This document shows, piece after piece, positions 1 through 12,020 of a stretch of DNA of 64,000 nucleotides. This DNA comes from Ptychomitrium polyphyllum (taxonomy: Eukaryota). Under the pieces are notes generated by a model that was not told the origin of the DNA, did no database searches, and was given only the letters and a program-made list of their open reading frames with translations. The stretch spans positions 19,096,001 to 19,160,000 of the forward strand of contig OZ316775.1 of the NCBI GenBank assembly GCA_973851085.1. The letters run 5' to 3'. A program made the translations under genes and the position numbers. The stretch's first letter is position 1; each line of letters begins with the position of its first letter.

Positions 1-534
1 GAAACAAAGTGTTTCCAAGAATTAACTTCCAAAGAGCTAATAATTAACATGAACTTTATACAAAGATAAAAACAAGGCAGGATACAAGATGATTTACAAC
101 TTGTGTTGGCACGACGAAGGAATACCTTGTCTTGCCTCTTATTTATACTATGACTCTAATATCTCCTAAAATACTTCTAAGGAAGCTTCCTTCAAGGCTT
201 AAGAATGTTTTAGAAATCTATAGAACCTTCTCAAGAAGCTTTTTAAGATGTTGGAACCTTCCTAAGAAGTTTCATAAGGTGGTGGAATCTTTTGAAGAAG
301 TTTACCTAGGAGATAGAACTTTCATAGGAAGTTTTTTGAGGTGGTAGAACCTTCTTAGGAAATTTTCCAAAGAAGTAGAATCTTCTTAGGAAGTTTCTTA
401 AGGTGGTGGAACTTTCACAAGAAATTTTCCAAGGACTTGAAAACGGCTAAAGAGACATTGAAAGTATTTTAAGAAGCTACTATAATATATTAGAAGGTTC
501 TAAAGAATATGTTGCATGATTTATATCCGTGACA
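1..534 (-). mobile_element. Partial LTR of an AT-rich LTR retrotransposon, cut by the window edge and inserted into the older gypsy element
   Basis: Ends in ...TTATATCCGTGACA (TGTCACGGATATAA on the minus strand) at 534. It contains internal degenerate AGAACCTTC/GGAAGTTT sub-repeats and abuts the decayed protease frame at 535. Confidence 0.65.
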
Positions 535-2787
535 ATTTGTAGTTTATATGGGACTGGAGATGGAGCCGGAAGACCCAATTAGAGGCAATTTCTCTCGGTA
601 ATAATATTGACGCCTAAACCTCCATTGATGAGAACATCAATGACCATTTGTTTGCCCACTCTGAGTGATATGACTAGCATGTGGCGGTCTATTGCTGTAA
701 TTGCAACTATTGGTATAAAAAGAGAGGGTTTAGGTAGGGTTATTGGTTATAGATAATGCCGTAGATGGGCAGTTAACCTTAGAGATAAGTGAATAAGCTC
801 TTGTAATAAAATGGAAATGGCGTACGTTTGGAGTTGTGTATATTCTCGCTGTGCAGCGGAGAGGGCTAGGCTTGTATGTTGTGGAGGTTCGATGGTCGGT
901 TCATGATGACTTTGAAGCTCTTGAATAGTGCAGATTATATGATTGCAGATTTCCTCCGTAATCTATTGGTCGAAATTTGTTGGTAGTCTTGGTGGTGGAA
1001 TATCGGTAGCGATTGCATGACTTCAAGTTATTGGACTAACATGACAAAATCCAATTGTTTTGACATCCAAAGGTGAGTGGATTTTGGCTATTTCTTGTTC
1101 TTTTTGTATATGAAGAGTTTGACTTCATCATCTTGGTAGAGAAGGCATTAATGGCAAGGGTGATCCATGGATCCGCACATATGATATAGAAAGCGGTAGG
1201 TCGGGCGCAACAGTCAACGAATATCGGTAGTGGCATGACTTGGAAGCGACTCGATATAATGAACTCAGGGAACTTGTTGACGATGTTTTGTACAAGTACT
1301 TTTGAAATTCTTGTAACAAAAATTCCAAGTGTGATTTAAGCGATTCCAACCAATACAGGGTTGAGGAAGAAGGTATGATCAATTGGAAGGGCCAGGGAGC
1401 TAAAGAAAAGGTTTTGGAAGTCCTTCTTTGACAAGGTAAATAGATCAAACGATTTTGGTAAAGGTGTTCCTCGAAAGGCTGACCATGGCTACTTGAATGT
1501 ATTATCAAAGTTCCGCTCGGAAGGTGCTTAGCATGATCCTGTTATCAAATGGATTGGTTAGATTTTTGGCCAATTCTAATAACCGTTCAACAAAGTCTTT
1601 TATCAATTTGGAGGATTTTAGCACATAGTGTGGAAGTGAGTATAGGTTTGATCATCAGTTTTGATTAACCAATATCATTTTTAAATGCAAAGAGGAAGTC
1701 ATCTAAAGTCTCTTGAGGAAATTGGATGCGATGGAAAGTGAACCAAGTAGATTCTTTGTCAGTAAGGATACTACCAAATAGTTTAAGCTGAACATGAATA
1801 CTAGTTTTACTATTTAAAATAAGTGCCAATAAAACTTTTGACAATGATGTTTAGGACATTTTCTTGTTTGATAGTTGAAATAGGAAAGGGCTCTTCTAAT
1901 AGGAGGGTGGACAAGAGATAGTATTGTAGATGAAGATAGAACTAGTAAAGAAATTATTGGATGGTGACTTAATCTAGTGGCATCAGGTGGAAAAGGGAGG
2001 GAAGTGGAAAAAAGACAAGAGGGAGGATGGTGTGTAAAAACCATTTCAATATTTGATACATCCCAAGAATGAAAAACATCAAAGTTGTGGTTTGAGGATG
2101 GCGGATTGGCAATAGTAGAGAAGGAAATGGTGGAAGGACTATCACAAACACTGTCCGAATGCGGTATGGAGAAAGAGTGTATAGTTGGGTTAGCTGTAAA
2201 TTCTTGCCACAAGGATGATACAAGTGGTATAGGTGGTATGGCGGGAGAAGATGGCATTTGTACTAAAAAAAACCGTCATCTTTTCATGTCCATCAATTAA
2301 GTGGGGTTTGTAATGAGACGCTAAGCTGGCGGACATGTTTTTGGAAGAATGAGAGGTCATTGCAAAGCTTGCGTGGAGCGTGTATATAATACTAACTATT
2401 GGGTGGGTTTTGTAGGTGAACAAAGTGAGGGCGTGGAGGGGAATGGAAATGGAAAGTATTTTCAACAGTTCGAGGACATTAGGTATGCGGTAGTGGATCC
2501 ATCTGCAAGCTTTGAGAGAAGTAGGAACCGGTAATAGTAGAAAATAGAAGATTTAGAGAATAAAAAGTGCATGCTAGATAAGAATCGATACGTTGAGCAG
2601 AAGTAAGTTCTAAAGGAGGTAGAGGTCTTTGTGCATGGGTGTAAGGGCAATTCATAGAATTTAAAGTGTAGAAGGCATGGAATAACTTTAGAAGAAGATA
2701 TAGCTGAGGATAAAAGGGAAAAATGACTAGTATTAGAGGATTAGTGCAGAATAAGAGAAACCTATTCAAAACACTACATGGTCGCCA
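535..2787 (-). mobile_element. Decayed Ty3/gypsy-like internal region (PBS, gag zinc-knuckle remnant, aspartic protease remnant)
   Basis: Minus-strand 540-700 reads IDRHMLVISLRVGKQMVIDVLINGGLGVNIITERNCL*LGLPAPSPVPYKLQI, a decayed retropepsin (V-L-I-D-x-G-S-x-V-N-I pattern). A C..GSMDH..C knuckle-like remnant lies near 1150-1190. The PBS TGGCGACCATG (2777-2787) resembles the complement of a tRNA-Arg 3' end and sits 2 nt from the LTR. Many stops. Confidence 0.75.
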
Positions 2788-2789
2788 AA

Positions 2790-3342
2790 TGTTAATAAAT
2801 CTATAACGGTAACAATCATCAACTACTAAGTAATTGATAATTTGGTAGTTTCTTACTAGAAATCCTAATCTAAGAAAGATTAGTTATACTGATATTATGA
2901 TTGATAACTACCAAATACACTGAGGCTTGGTAGTTCTTTATTAAAGAGTCTAAATTTAGAAAAAACAATCTATATAATTTTATGGTTGATACCACCAAAT
3001 GGAAGAGACATGATAGTAGTAAGGAGCAACCAATAAGCTACTATAGAAATTACTAAAAGAAAAAAACTTGCTCATAATCACATACTCAAGAACAAAATTG
3101 ATAAATGAATCAAAGAATGTAGTGCATAACTTGTTTCATAGAAAAAGCCAAATACAGCACACCTTCAATTCTTTTGGTTGAAGATTTAAGTACTAGATTT
3201 AAAATCCTAATAAAATAGATTTATATTTGTTTGTTTCAACTTACAAACTATTACTATTATCTGGTAGTTATCGTTGGAGGAGGTCTGGTAGTACCAATAG
3301 GAGAAGATTGGTAGGGAAAGTCCAATGGTACCGTGTGTAACA
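2790..3342 (-). mobile_element. 5' LTR (~553 bp) of the decayed gypsy element
   Basis: Bounded by inverted termini TGTTA...TAACA, directly adjacent to the PBS. Confidence 0.65.
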
Positions 3343-3799
3343 TCCGATGATCCAATAATAATCCAACTAAAGATTATCCATAAATGTTTAGCAAGCTTTG
3401 GCGTTCCGTGGTCGTAGTCCTCAATCCGCTGCTAAATATATAAGTCCAGTTCTACTCATATCATCTCACCTCTTCTCTTTAAAAATCATATCAATTACTT
3501 CATGTAAATGCTTGTTTGATACTAGAAAGTGGATGAAGAGGTCCCCTTGGTGATGGACCGGTGACTTTTGCATTTAAAACTCATCTTCTATATATCTAAG
3601 GTATTCATATTTGTCAATGGTTTAAGGTAAATATGCAGAGTTTACAAATTGTACATTGTTTTAGATATACATTCATTGTGATTTTTTCAAACTTTACTTT
3701 TTTATTTATGTAATTTTTGTCAAGTATCATTTATGAAATAAAAACAAGTAAAGACTACTATATAAACAAAAGAAAACTAAGGAAAATTTAAGAAGTAAT

Positions 3800-5800
3800 A
3801 TCAATTTAAAAGAAGGTGATCCGCAACCTCTAGAATACTATACTACTTTCAAAAAGAGGAGTGCTGTATTCTTTATCAAGAAAAACCAAGCTTTGAACTT
3901 ATTGTATGACAATTTCAACTAATTTTTATGGATAGAAAAATAATAACGCAAGGCTTCAAAATTTCAGATATAGAACAAAATACGTATAAGGTTGTCGCGC
4001 ACCTATTCTTAAAAAGTGCCCGCAATACTAAGGGCACAAAGGGGACCCCAGAGTGACGTCCGGGACTTGTGGCACCGATAGTGAGGGGACCCAAATGGGC
4101 CTAGCGTGGGAAAGACCCCTAAGGGGAGAAACATCCTTGTCCATGTAGATCGAGGGCCACAAGGGATAAATCGTAGGCATTGGAAAAATCACAAAGAATT
4201 GATTCTAGAATGCTAAAGATTGCCCAAATCGAACAAGAGAGCTAAAAGTTATGGCATCCCAAAGTTGGGGTTGCCAAGGGGCTGTTCTGGACTGTGGCAG
4301 CCCCACACAGTGACTGTACTGGAGTGGGACAGTCCAAGGAGGGACTCCCTGGGAGTCCCAAACCTTGGGAGAGGCGTATCTCCCACATCACTAACTCAAA
4401 TCGGACGTTTGAGGAGTCTATCGACATCTACGCGAAGAGTAGATGACGATAAAGTGGTCGCTTGATACATTCGGGCACCAGACAAGGAAGATTTGGCTCC
4501 TTGAAGGTCCGTAGGGAATCCCGGAGGCTTCCAGCGGCTAAGTCCCAAGGGAGATCGGGTGGTCTTCCAAAAGTTTAGATGTGTCGGGGTTTAGCCAGCT
4601 ATAGAGGGCCAGGGGGCCTGCCAAATCCCACAGAGAGTACTATAGGGGAAGGCTGGTCCCCCTCCCCACTCCCCTAATGTCCCGATAGGAACCAAGGGTG
4701 AGTACCGGTTGGTGGAGCTAGTGTTAGGGCTTCACTACGGGGACTCCCACATCATTGTAAGCCGGTGAATGACCGGTTTCACGAAGGGAACTAGCACGTT
4801 CAAAAGGATACGCTTGTTACCACTAAGTTGGGGTGGTGTCTTCACGCTGGTACCATGATGGCCCGGGGTGATCTTAGGATCGCATGGGAATCATGAGTGG
4901 AGGTGAGGAGACACCACTAAGTGCGGTTAGGCCGTGTGGAATGAGAGTAACACCAAGTGAGGCCTTGGACATGAATGGAAGTCCGCACCAAACCATTGGT
5001 TACCAATCAATTGGGTGTCCTAAGAGAAATGATAAAAAAACTTGGAGAGTGAGAATGGGGATTAATCATATGCATGTGGGGGTGTATAGGGTTGACGCGC
5101 GTAACGCTTACTAAGGTGCATTACAAGGGTTGTGACAAAGGTGTATTTTTTTCATAGTTTCGTACTCAAGTAACCTTAAGTTGTTTCCTTGGAAGCTTTT
5201 TTAACCCTTTTAAATCTTTTTTGAACTTTTTTAAATGCTGCTATCATGTATGTCCATGACATTCAGTAGATCAAATAGCCATGAAAATATTTAGTGACAA
5301 GTTTGATAAAGATTTGTTTATTGGAACATCCATTTAAGCTTAGTACAAATACAAGCTCTAGAGACTATGCTATGAAGATTCTATAGAATACCTTTCATTA
5401 GCAAAGGTGGGTGAGGAACTCACTGCACCTCATATTACAAACAGAATAATAACAAGGCAAAGCTTAAAAAATTCAAGACATGGAACAAAGTATTTCCAAG
5501 GTATATTAGAAACAAAGATTTAAAATAAGATAAAAAGATAGAGCCAAGACGTTCAAACTAGACTACAATAGATGCATTGTAGCAATTGAAGATATCTTTA
5601 GCCTTGAGTCCTTTATATACAAGGAGAATAAGCTTTGAAAGCTTCTTGAGAAGCTTCAACTATAATACTTTATACTCTAACAACCATGGATTGCTTTTTT
5701 GGAATCTTCTTTAGCCAAAATAACTTCCATAAAGCTATGTTGGCCTGCTTAAACCTTCTAAAAAACTTTCTAAAAGCTTAAAATATTTATGTCTATGATA
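3800..5800. repeat. Diverged AT-rich repeat, copy A, interrupted by the solo LTR
   Basis: 3800-3992 plus 5138-5600 align by eye with 6190-6845. Shared strings include TATCAATTTAAAA..GCAACCTCTAGA..TACTTTCAAAAAGAGG, CAAATAGCCAT and GCAATTGAAGATATCTT. Boundaries are approximate. Confidence 0.8.
3993..5137 (+). mobile_element. Solo LTR (1145 bp, gypsy/chromovirus-like) with 5-bp target-site duplication
   Basis: Starts TGTCGC and ends GTGACA, flanked by AAGGT on both sides (3988-3992 and 5138-5142). GC-rich against AT-rich flanks. No PBS or internal coding region. Orientation is inferred from the GGGTTGTGACA end. Confidence 0.85.
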
Positions 5801-6189
5801 TCACCATTTAATTTTCCCTCTCCAAGTATATATTATTGTATGGATATATAAGATATATGGCAATCATATAAGGTTATGGTTTATAGATAAAATAGAACCA
5901 AGGAATTAAGCATAGAAGATTAACAATAATTGCTTATTGCAATGATTAACCATATGATTTTAATATAAATGATTGTATTTATTTTTAGATGTTGAAGTCT
6001 TTGTTTTACATGAATGGATAGAGATAAGGCCATTGATGAGATGTTGGTCTGAAAGTGCAATAGTTTTCATTAAGCCATGTCATTTCCAAACATACAATGC
6101 CTTTTATGATTGATTTTTGCGGCCAATTTTTATCTATATTTAAAAAACTCGGATTCCTTCAAGTTTGACAACAATATTTTAAATTAGGT

Positions 6190-7010
6190 TATATCAATTT
6201 AAAAAATGTAATTTGCAACCTCTAGAGCCGCTATAATACTTTCAAAAAGAGGGATGTTGTATTCTTTGTTTAAAAAAACTTAAGTTCTAAAGTTATTGTG
6301 TGACAATCTTAACAAATTGTTATGAACAAAGTAATAACAAGGCAAGGCTTCAAGATTCTAAGATATGGAACAAGATACGTTTAAGGTATATTTTTTTCAT
6401 AGCTTTGTACTCAAGCAACCTTAGATTGTTTCTTTGGAAGCTTCTTTAACCTTCTTAAATCTTTTATGAATCTTTCTAGATGCTTCTAATATGTATATCC
6501 ATGACTCTCAATAGACCAAATAGCCATAAAAATATTCAATGACAACTTTGACAAAGATTTTTATCAACACATCCATTTAATTTTATTTCAAATAAAAGCT
6601 TTTGAAACTATGCCATAAAAAATCTATGGAACATTTTTCATTAACAAAGGTCGTTAAGGAATTCACTGCACCACTTATTACAAACAAAATTACAAGAACC
6701 CAAGGCTTTGGAAATCTAATATATGAAATAAAATAATTCCAAGGTAGATTAGAAGCAAAGAGTAATAAAATGTATAGAAATAAAGCCAAGAGGTTCAAGC
6801 CACACCATAAGAGATGTATTGTTGCAATTGAAGATATCTTCAACCTATATATTCTAGGACTACAAGTTTTGGAAGCTTTTTAAAAAACTTTAAATACAAG
6901 GCTTTGCATTCAAGCAACCCTTAGTTCTCGAGTCATAGGAACTTCCATCGCCTTTTTGAACCATTTAAAAATCTTTTAAAAAACTTCTATTATGCATGTC
7001 TACAAGATAT
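6190..7010. repeat. Diverged AT-rich repeat, copy B, uninterrupted
   Basis: Homologous to copy A. It carries the empty site GATACGTTTAAGGTATATTTTTTTCATAG at ~6374-6402. Confidence 0.8.
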
Positions 7011-9247
7011 GTTTGTACACTCGATGTTGATCACGACAATAATTCTTTAAGTAAGCAGGCAAGACCACATGATTTTATGGCTTTCCATGACCTGAATGAA
7101 GCCAGCTATGCCACTCACTTGCAACACCTTTCCACTCTCGTTATCAACATCTCCAAGGCCACCAAAATGCTACTTCCAGCTTCACGCAGCTCGTTCCCCG
7201 CGTCCTTGGACTTGTATTGTGCAATATTTCCAACCTCTTCCATACTCCAATATTCTATCCACCGCTCTCCCAGCCTTTTCGTTGACAACAGCACCCCTGG
7301 CTGTTCCCAGTAGCATTGCCTGCATCCCCTTCAGAAACGAACACTGCGAATCCTGATCCTGCAAAACCTGGTTCTTCCAACGCACTCTCAAGTAGAAACT
7401 CAGCAACGACAACCTGGTAGCTCACACAACCCCTTCCCGTGAGAAGATGTTGCACAACTGTCACTTCCGTGCGGCACCTCTTGCTAAAACCTCCGACCCT
7501 GAACCCACAGAAGCGCACAACCAGTCTCTTCCGGATCCTGCTCCTGCTAATCCTTCGACTCTAAATCCCCACCGAACCACCGAACACTCACAGCTACATT
7601 CAAAACTCGAGCAATCACAGCGCACCTTCGAACTCACGACAGACCGCCACCGCCTCGACACCTTCACGTCAGCACCAAGTATGTCGATGTTTACCCGGGG
7701 ACGGTACTGCGGCGATGCGAATCCTTTATCTCAGCTCGCAGAGGTTCTGGAGTGTCGTCACACTCGTGAAGTTTCTCCACGGATGGCGGACATCACGCAG
7801 GAACGTCGTGCGATGTTTTGGTTCAGGGGTTTCGGTGCCTAACGAAAATAGGAGCCCTGATCCTTTGCTGCGGCCATGTCAGCATCCCATCCCCAAGCGT
7901 GGCCCACATGCGCTCGCCCATGCGTCGCCTGCACACAATCGGCCGCTGCCAATCTCTTGTGCCGGGTTGGCACGCCATCGCTCTCGTCAGCCCTTGCGGA
8001 GCTCAGCTTCTGCGTGCACCCCTGCGAGGTAACGCTCTGTCCACCCAGCTTTGCAGCTCTCGTTTGGTTCTCGCTTCCTCTCTTTCCTTCCTGTCTGCTG
8101 GATCGGTCGGTGGAGCTAGAGTATCGCAAGCAGTTGACAGCAGCTTGGCAGGTGACGGTCTGTGGGATTCTACAGATGGGGTAGCTGGGGGTTGCCAGGG
8201 TTTCACGTGTCACTTTCTGTGGTTGGGGGTTCTGCTCGGGCGAGCAGTTCTTGCTTTTGGGGAGGGTGTGTGTGATTTGGAGCTCAGGTATTCACGGATC
8301 GAGACCCGGCTGAACGAAGTGGTTGTTTCGGAGATTGTGGCTCAGGCGCAGATTTCAGGGGTCCTGGTGGGCGAAGGGTGGCGATTTTGCTTTGCTAGAA
8401 AACATGTGGGTCGGATTTGCGAGAGCTGGAATGAGCAGATACTGGTTGGCTGCCGTGTGGGATGTGGATTTTGGGGTCGGTTGCATGAGGTGGATTTCAT
8501 GAGTTTGGACATGGTTGAGGTCACGTGAAACGTGAATGTGTTCCGTGCCCGAATCCGTCGAGGATAGTTTCCTGGCGAGGCCGTGGATTCAGAGGTTGCA
8601 CAGTTGGGTTCGTCTGGATCCTTTGTGTTGCCGTGGAGCTTGGGGTGTAGGTGTTTGTCTTTGGTTTGATGGATGGTGGGTTGGGTTGAATTGGTGACGC
8701 AGTTCGTTGCATTGAGGGGGGCGCCGTTTTCACGTAGGTGGGGAGAAGAGGAGGCCGGGGAACGATATTCTGGTGCAGTTCATTGTCTACTTTCGGGCGA
8801 AGTGTTCCTGAAGGGGGAGCTGTTTTGTGTGAGAGGGGCGATGTTATACGGTCAGAACTTGTCAAGGAAGACACATCGATGTTATGCACCCTGTACCGCA
8901 TGTATCGTGTGGCCTCTGGCTGCATAGTAGGCAACTAAGACGAGCAGGTCTTCAAGGCCTGTAGTAACATGAAGGTATTGGATGATGGCTTAGTAGCTTT
9001 TCGAGCACCGAATGCTGAAGCGAAGCGTCGACGTGTTTGAGTTTGTGCAGTGAACAGACCATACACGAGTGGGCATGGGATAAGTGTTTGAGGAAGAAGA
9101 TTTGTTTATTTAAGACTCACAGGATTGTATTGTGATGCAGGATACAGGCTGAGGAAATTGCCAGGCATACGGTGGAGTTGTGCTTTCTGTGATATTGTAT
9201 AGTCAGGTTTTGAAATTGTGGTTGGAGCCAGTCCTGTTGGAGCCAGC

Positions 9248-11268
9248 ATGGCGGGTACGGTGGTAGCTGTTAGCCTCACGGGAATATCTTGTAGATGTGC
9301 AAATTCTGAACCTGCAGTAGTTGTCTCGGTCCTGGCTGTGCGATCAAGCTTTGGGTTTATTCGTGGTGCAAGGACTTTGGAATCGTGTGGAAGGATAGAA
9401 AGGGAATTGGCTCCCAGGAGTTATTTGAATTTGCAACAGGGTCTAAGACGGGGTCGCCGACAAGATAGGGCTTTGTGTTTACAGAATGTGGCTGGGTTAT
9501 GGCAACTCACTCTAGGTTTTAGACCGCTTGTGGTTAAGGGTATGGCGGAAGAGAGCTCTGAGAGTAGCGTGACAACTGAAGATAGAGCGCTGTTTCCAGA
9601 GGAAGAGGAGGATCAAGCTAATATCCGTGAAATTGTTCGGGTACACTTTATGCCATAGGATAATAGTATAAGTTTTGATGAGATTGTTTTCGATTTTCTG
9701 TTTCTCTTGTTTTTTGACGACGGAATGTTGTTTCTTGATGGTTCTTCTAATCATAAGGGATGTTAGCACGTCATGTTTGTATAAGTATTGTCAATTTTTT
9801 ATGAGTATGGAGCGTCGTACTGTACAAGATGATAACGAAATTTGAAGGTCAAGTTTGTTCATCCTGTGGAAGTAACACGGTTGTTCAAACAATCTGATTT
9901 ATGGGGACGTTGGCCGCTAGGTAATATGTTAGTAACTCCATTGATTGTTATCTTGCAGGTTGTGGAACTCTTGAAGAAGAAAAGGGACATGACTTTTAAT
10001 GAAGTGAGTGATTTGACTAATTTTTTTTAAAATTCCAAATTTTACTTAAATTTCGATTTGGTATATAGTTTTTATTGCTCCCTAGTATGATGGTGATTTC
10101 TTTACGTGTGGGTATCTTGCAACTTAGCAAGTTTGGTAACAAGTCGGGTTTTGGAATATCGCACTACTTCTTTAAACTTCAACTAGAGTACAGTGATAGA
10201 ACGTCACAATATCTGAAGCACTAAGACGTTTGTGATGCCTACAATCATACACTTCTTCTGGTTGAGAGTACTTCTGGTCTTCAATTTGCCTGTGCTCAGT
10301 GACCAGGACAAGTCAAAGTCAACTTGATTTGCAGAAAGAAATTTGATTTGGAATGTGTTTCTAAACTGGATTTTGCTGTGCAGGTTAGATTGACAATTAT
10401 GATAGAGGATCCACGAGAGGTAGAACGAAGAAGGCAACTCGGCATTGAGGATGAACGCGGCTGCTCCAAGGAAGAGATGGCTGTTGCTCTTCAAGAGGTA
10501 TTCAATCTTTCTGAAGCTAGCACATTGCAACCCTCCAGTTATCTGTTATACATTGGGTCAATATCAAGTGATGTTAGCAACCAACCATTTGCTTTGATAA
10601 TTCACGGTATTCTCTTTTGGTTACTCCAGGTCTTTGACGGCAAAATTCCTGAGGACCGGTTGATATTACGCGAGTTGACCAAGGAGATGCTGAACTGGCC
10701 TAATCTTGAGGTTCGCTTTAATTTACTTCATTTGTTGCGCCTACTTTATGAGAAGATTGTGCTAATTGAAAGAAACAGTATACTCTCTTTGTTCATGCTT
10801 TTTGACAGAGTTGGAATATCTGCTGAAATCTGAGGGAATTATTTTACAGGATGAGATAGATGAACTAAACCCATTTGCTAGTCCATATGCAAAAGTGACA
10901 CCCACTGGGGTGGATCCAAAAGTAGCTGCACAAAGGGCGAAGATTGACTGGGATGCAGCAGCAGAAATTCAACCTGGCCAAGAGCCAAAAGATCTCAGTG
11001 ACATGGTTCCTCCTGTTGTGGTACGTGTTCGCCATCTGATGTTCTCTTGACTTCTAATGTTTCTACAAGGTGTGGATTTTAGGCTATGGTCGTTCCGCAG
11101 TACGATGAGATTGGATTATTGATTTTGAGCATTGAATTTATCGTACATACTGAAACCCAGCTGCTTGGTTGGTTGCAGGGCTTTAGCTTTCTGTATTTCG
11201 TGAGCTTTATTCCTGTTTTTATAGTAGTGGCGGTAATTCTGATTTTATTCTTCAATTCGCTCCAGTAG
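9248..11268 (+). CDS. Y3IP1: Ycf3-interacting protein 1 (CEST), chloroplast photosystem I assembly factor; 6 coding exons
   Basis: GT-AG exons 9248-9640, 9959-10003, 10384-10497, 10630-10710, 10850-11020 and 11179-11268 splice in frame. The product has a transit peptide, ELLKKKRDMTFNEVRLTIMIEDPREVERRRQLGIED...SPYAKVTPTGVDPKVAAQR and a C-terminal TM helix GFSFLYFVSFIPVFIVVAVILILFFNSLQ. Confidence 0.93.
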
Positions 11269-11361
11269 AGGCGAATGTAGCTCTCTATACTATTTCGAGG
11301 CCAACAGAGCAATTTGATGGCGCAATCTAGACTTCGGTTATCTAATACCGATCGAGGTGAT

Positions 11362-12020
11362 TCAATTGTGAGGCAGTGGACTGGTTATACAACCCAGATT
11401 TTCTTCTTGCTGTAAACTTGGCTGCTCTGTAAAGACAAGGTGGTCTTTTGATCCTTTTGCGTTACGTTTTGGTTTAGGGTATAGCTCAATCCAACATAGA
11501 GGTTTACAACGGCACTCGCAAACGAGACCTCCATCTGCAACCAATCAACCCGCCAACGTCGATGCAAAAGTTGATTTCTTCCCGTAGAGCATGATCATGC
11601 TGGATCCTGTATCACTTGCGCCTCCACATCAAGAACGCTCTACCCAAAGTATGTACGTTGGTTCTTCCGAAGGCGTTTTTCTTCATGTTTCTTGCTCAGT
11701 TCTGCTTCTTTACGCTCCCACTTCAATTCTGCTTCTTCAGATTTCGGATCCAGATCTGAGTCGTCATCAGAGCTGTCTGCAAATGACATTGAATTTATTC
11801 CATCGGAGTCTCTGTCCTATTTCTAGCCTGCTTCCTCAACAACACGCACAATATTGTAACCAGGATTCCTCTTTGCATTCTCGAGATAGAGAGCGCCGAA
11901 CTTTGGCGTGGAGACGAAACTGACCCATCTCTTCCAGACAGCTTGGCATCTGCACAAGTCAGGGGCCAGCAAGACCTGTCCATAAGCTCGAATGGCAAGC
12001 TCTCACAACCGAGTATCTAA
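11362..12020 (-). pseudogene. F-box protein pseudogene
   Basis: Across frameshifts the minus strand reads LDTRL(W)ESLPFELMDR../..PDLCRCQAVWKRWVSFVSTPKFGALYLENAKRN (F-box). It continues through an acidic SDDDSDLDPKSEEAELKW segment, *SVLDVEA../YRIQH and LVADGGLVC. In-frame TAG stops at ~11817-11825. Confidence 0.8.

Noticed and set aside
7447..8938. Many overlapping ORFs upstream of Y3IP1
   Set aside because: GC-rich promoter, leader and intron DNA; no recognisable protein and ORFs in all frames.
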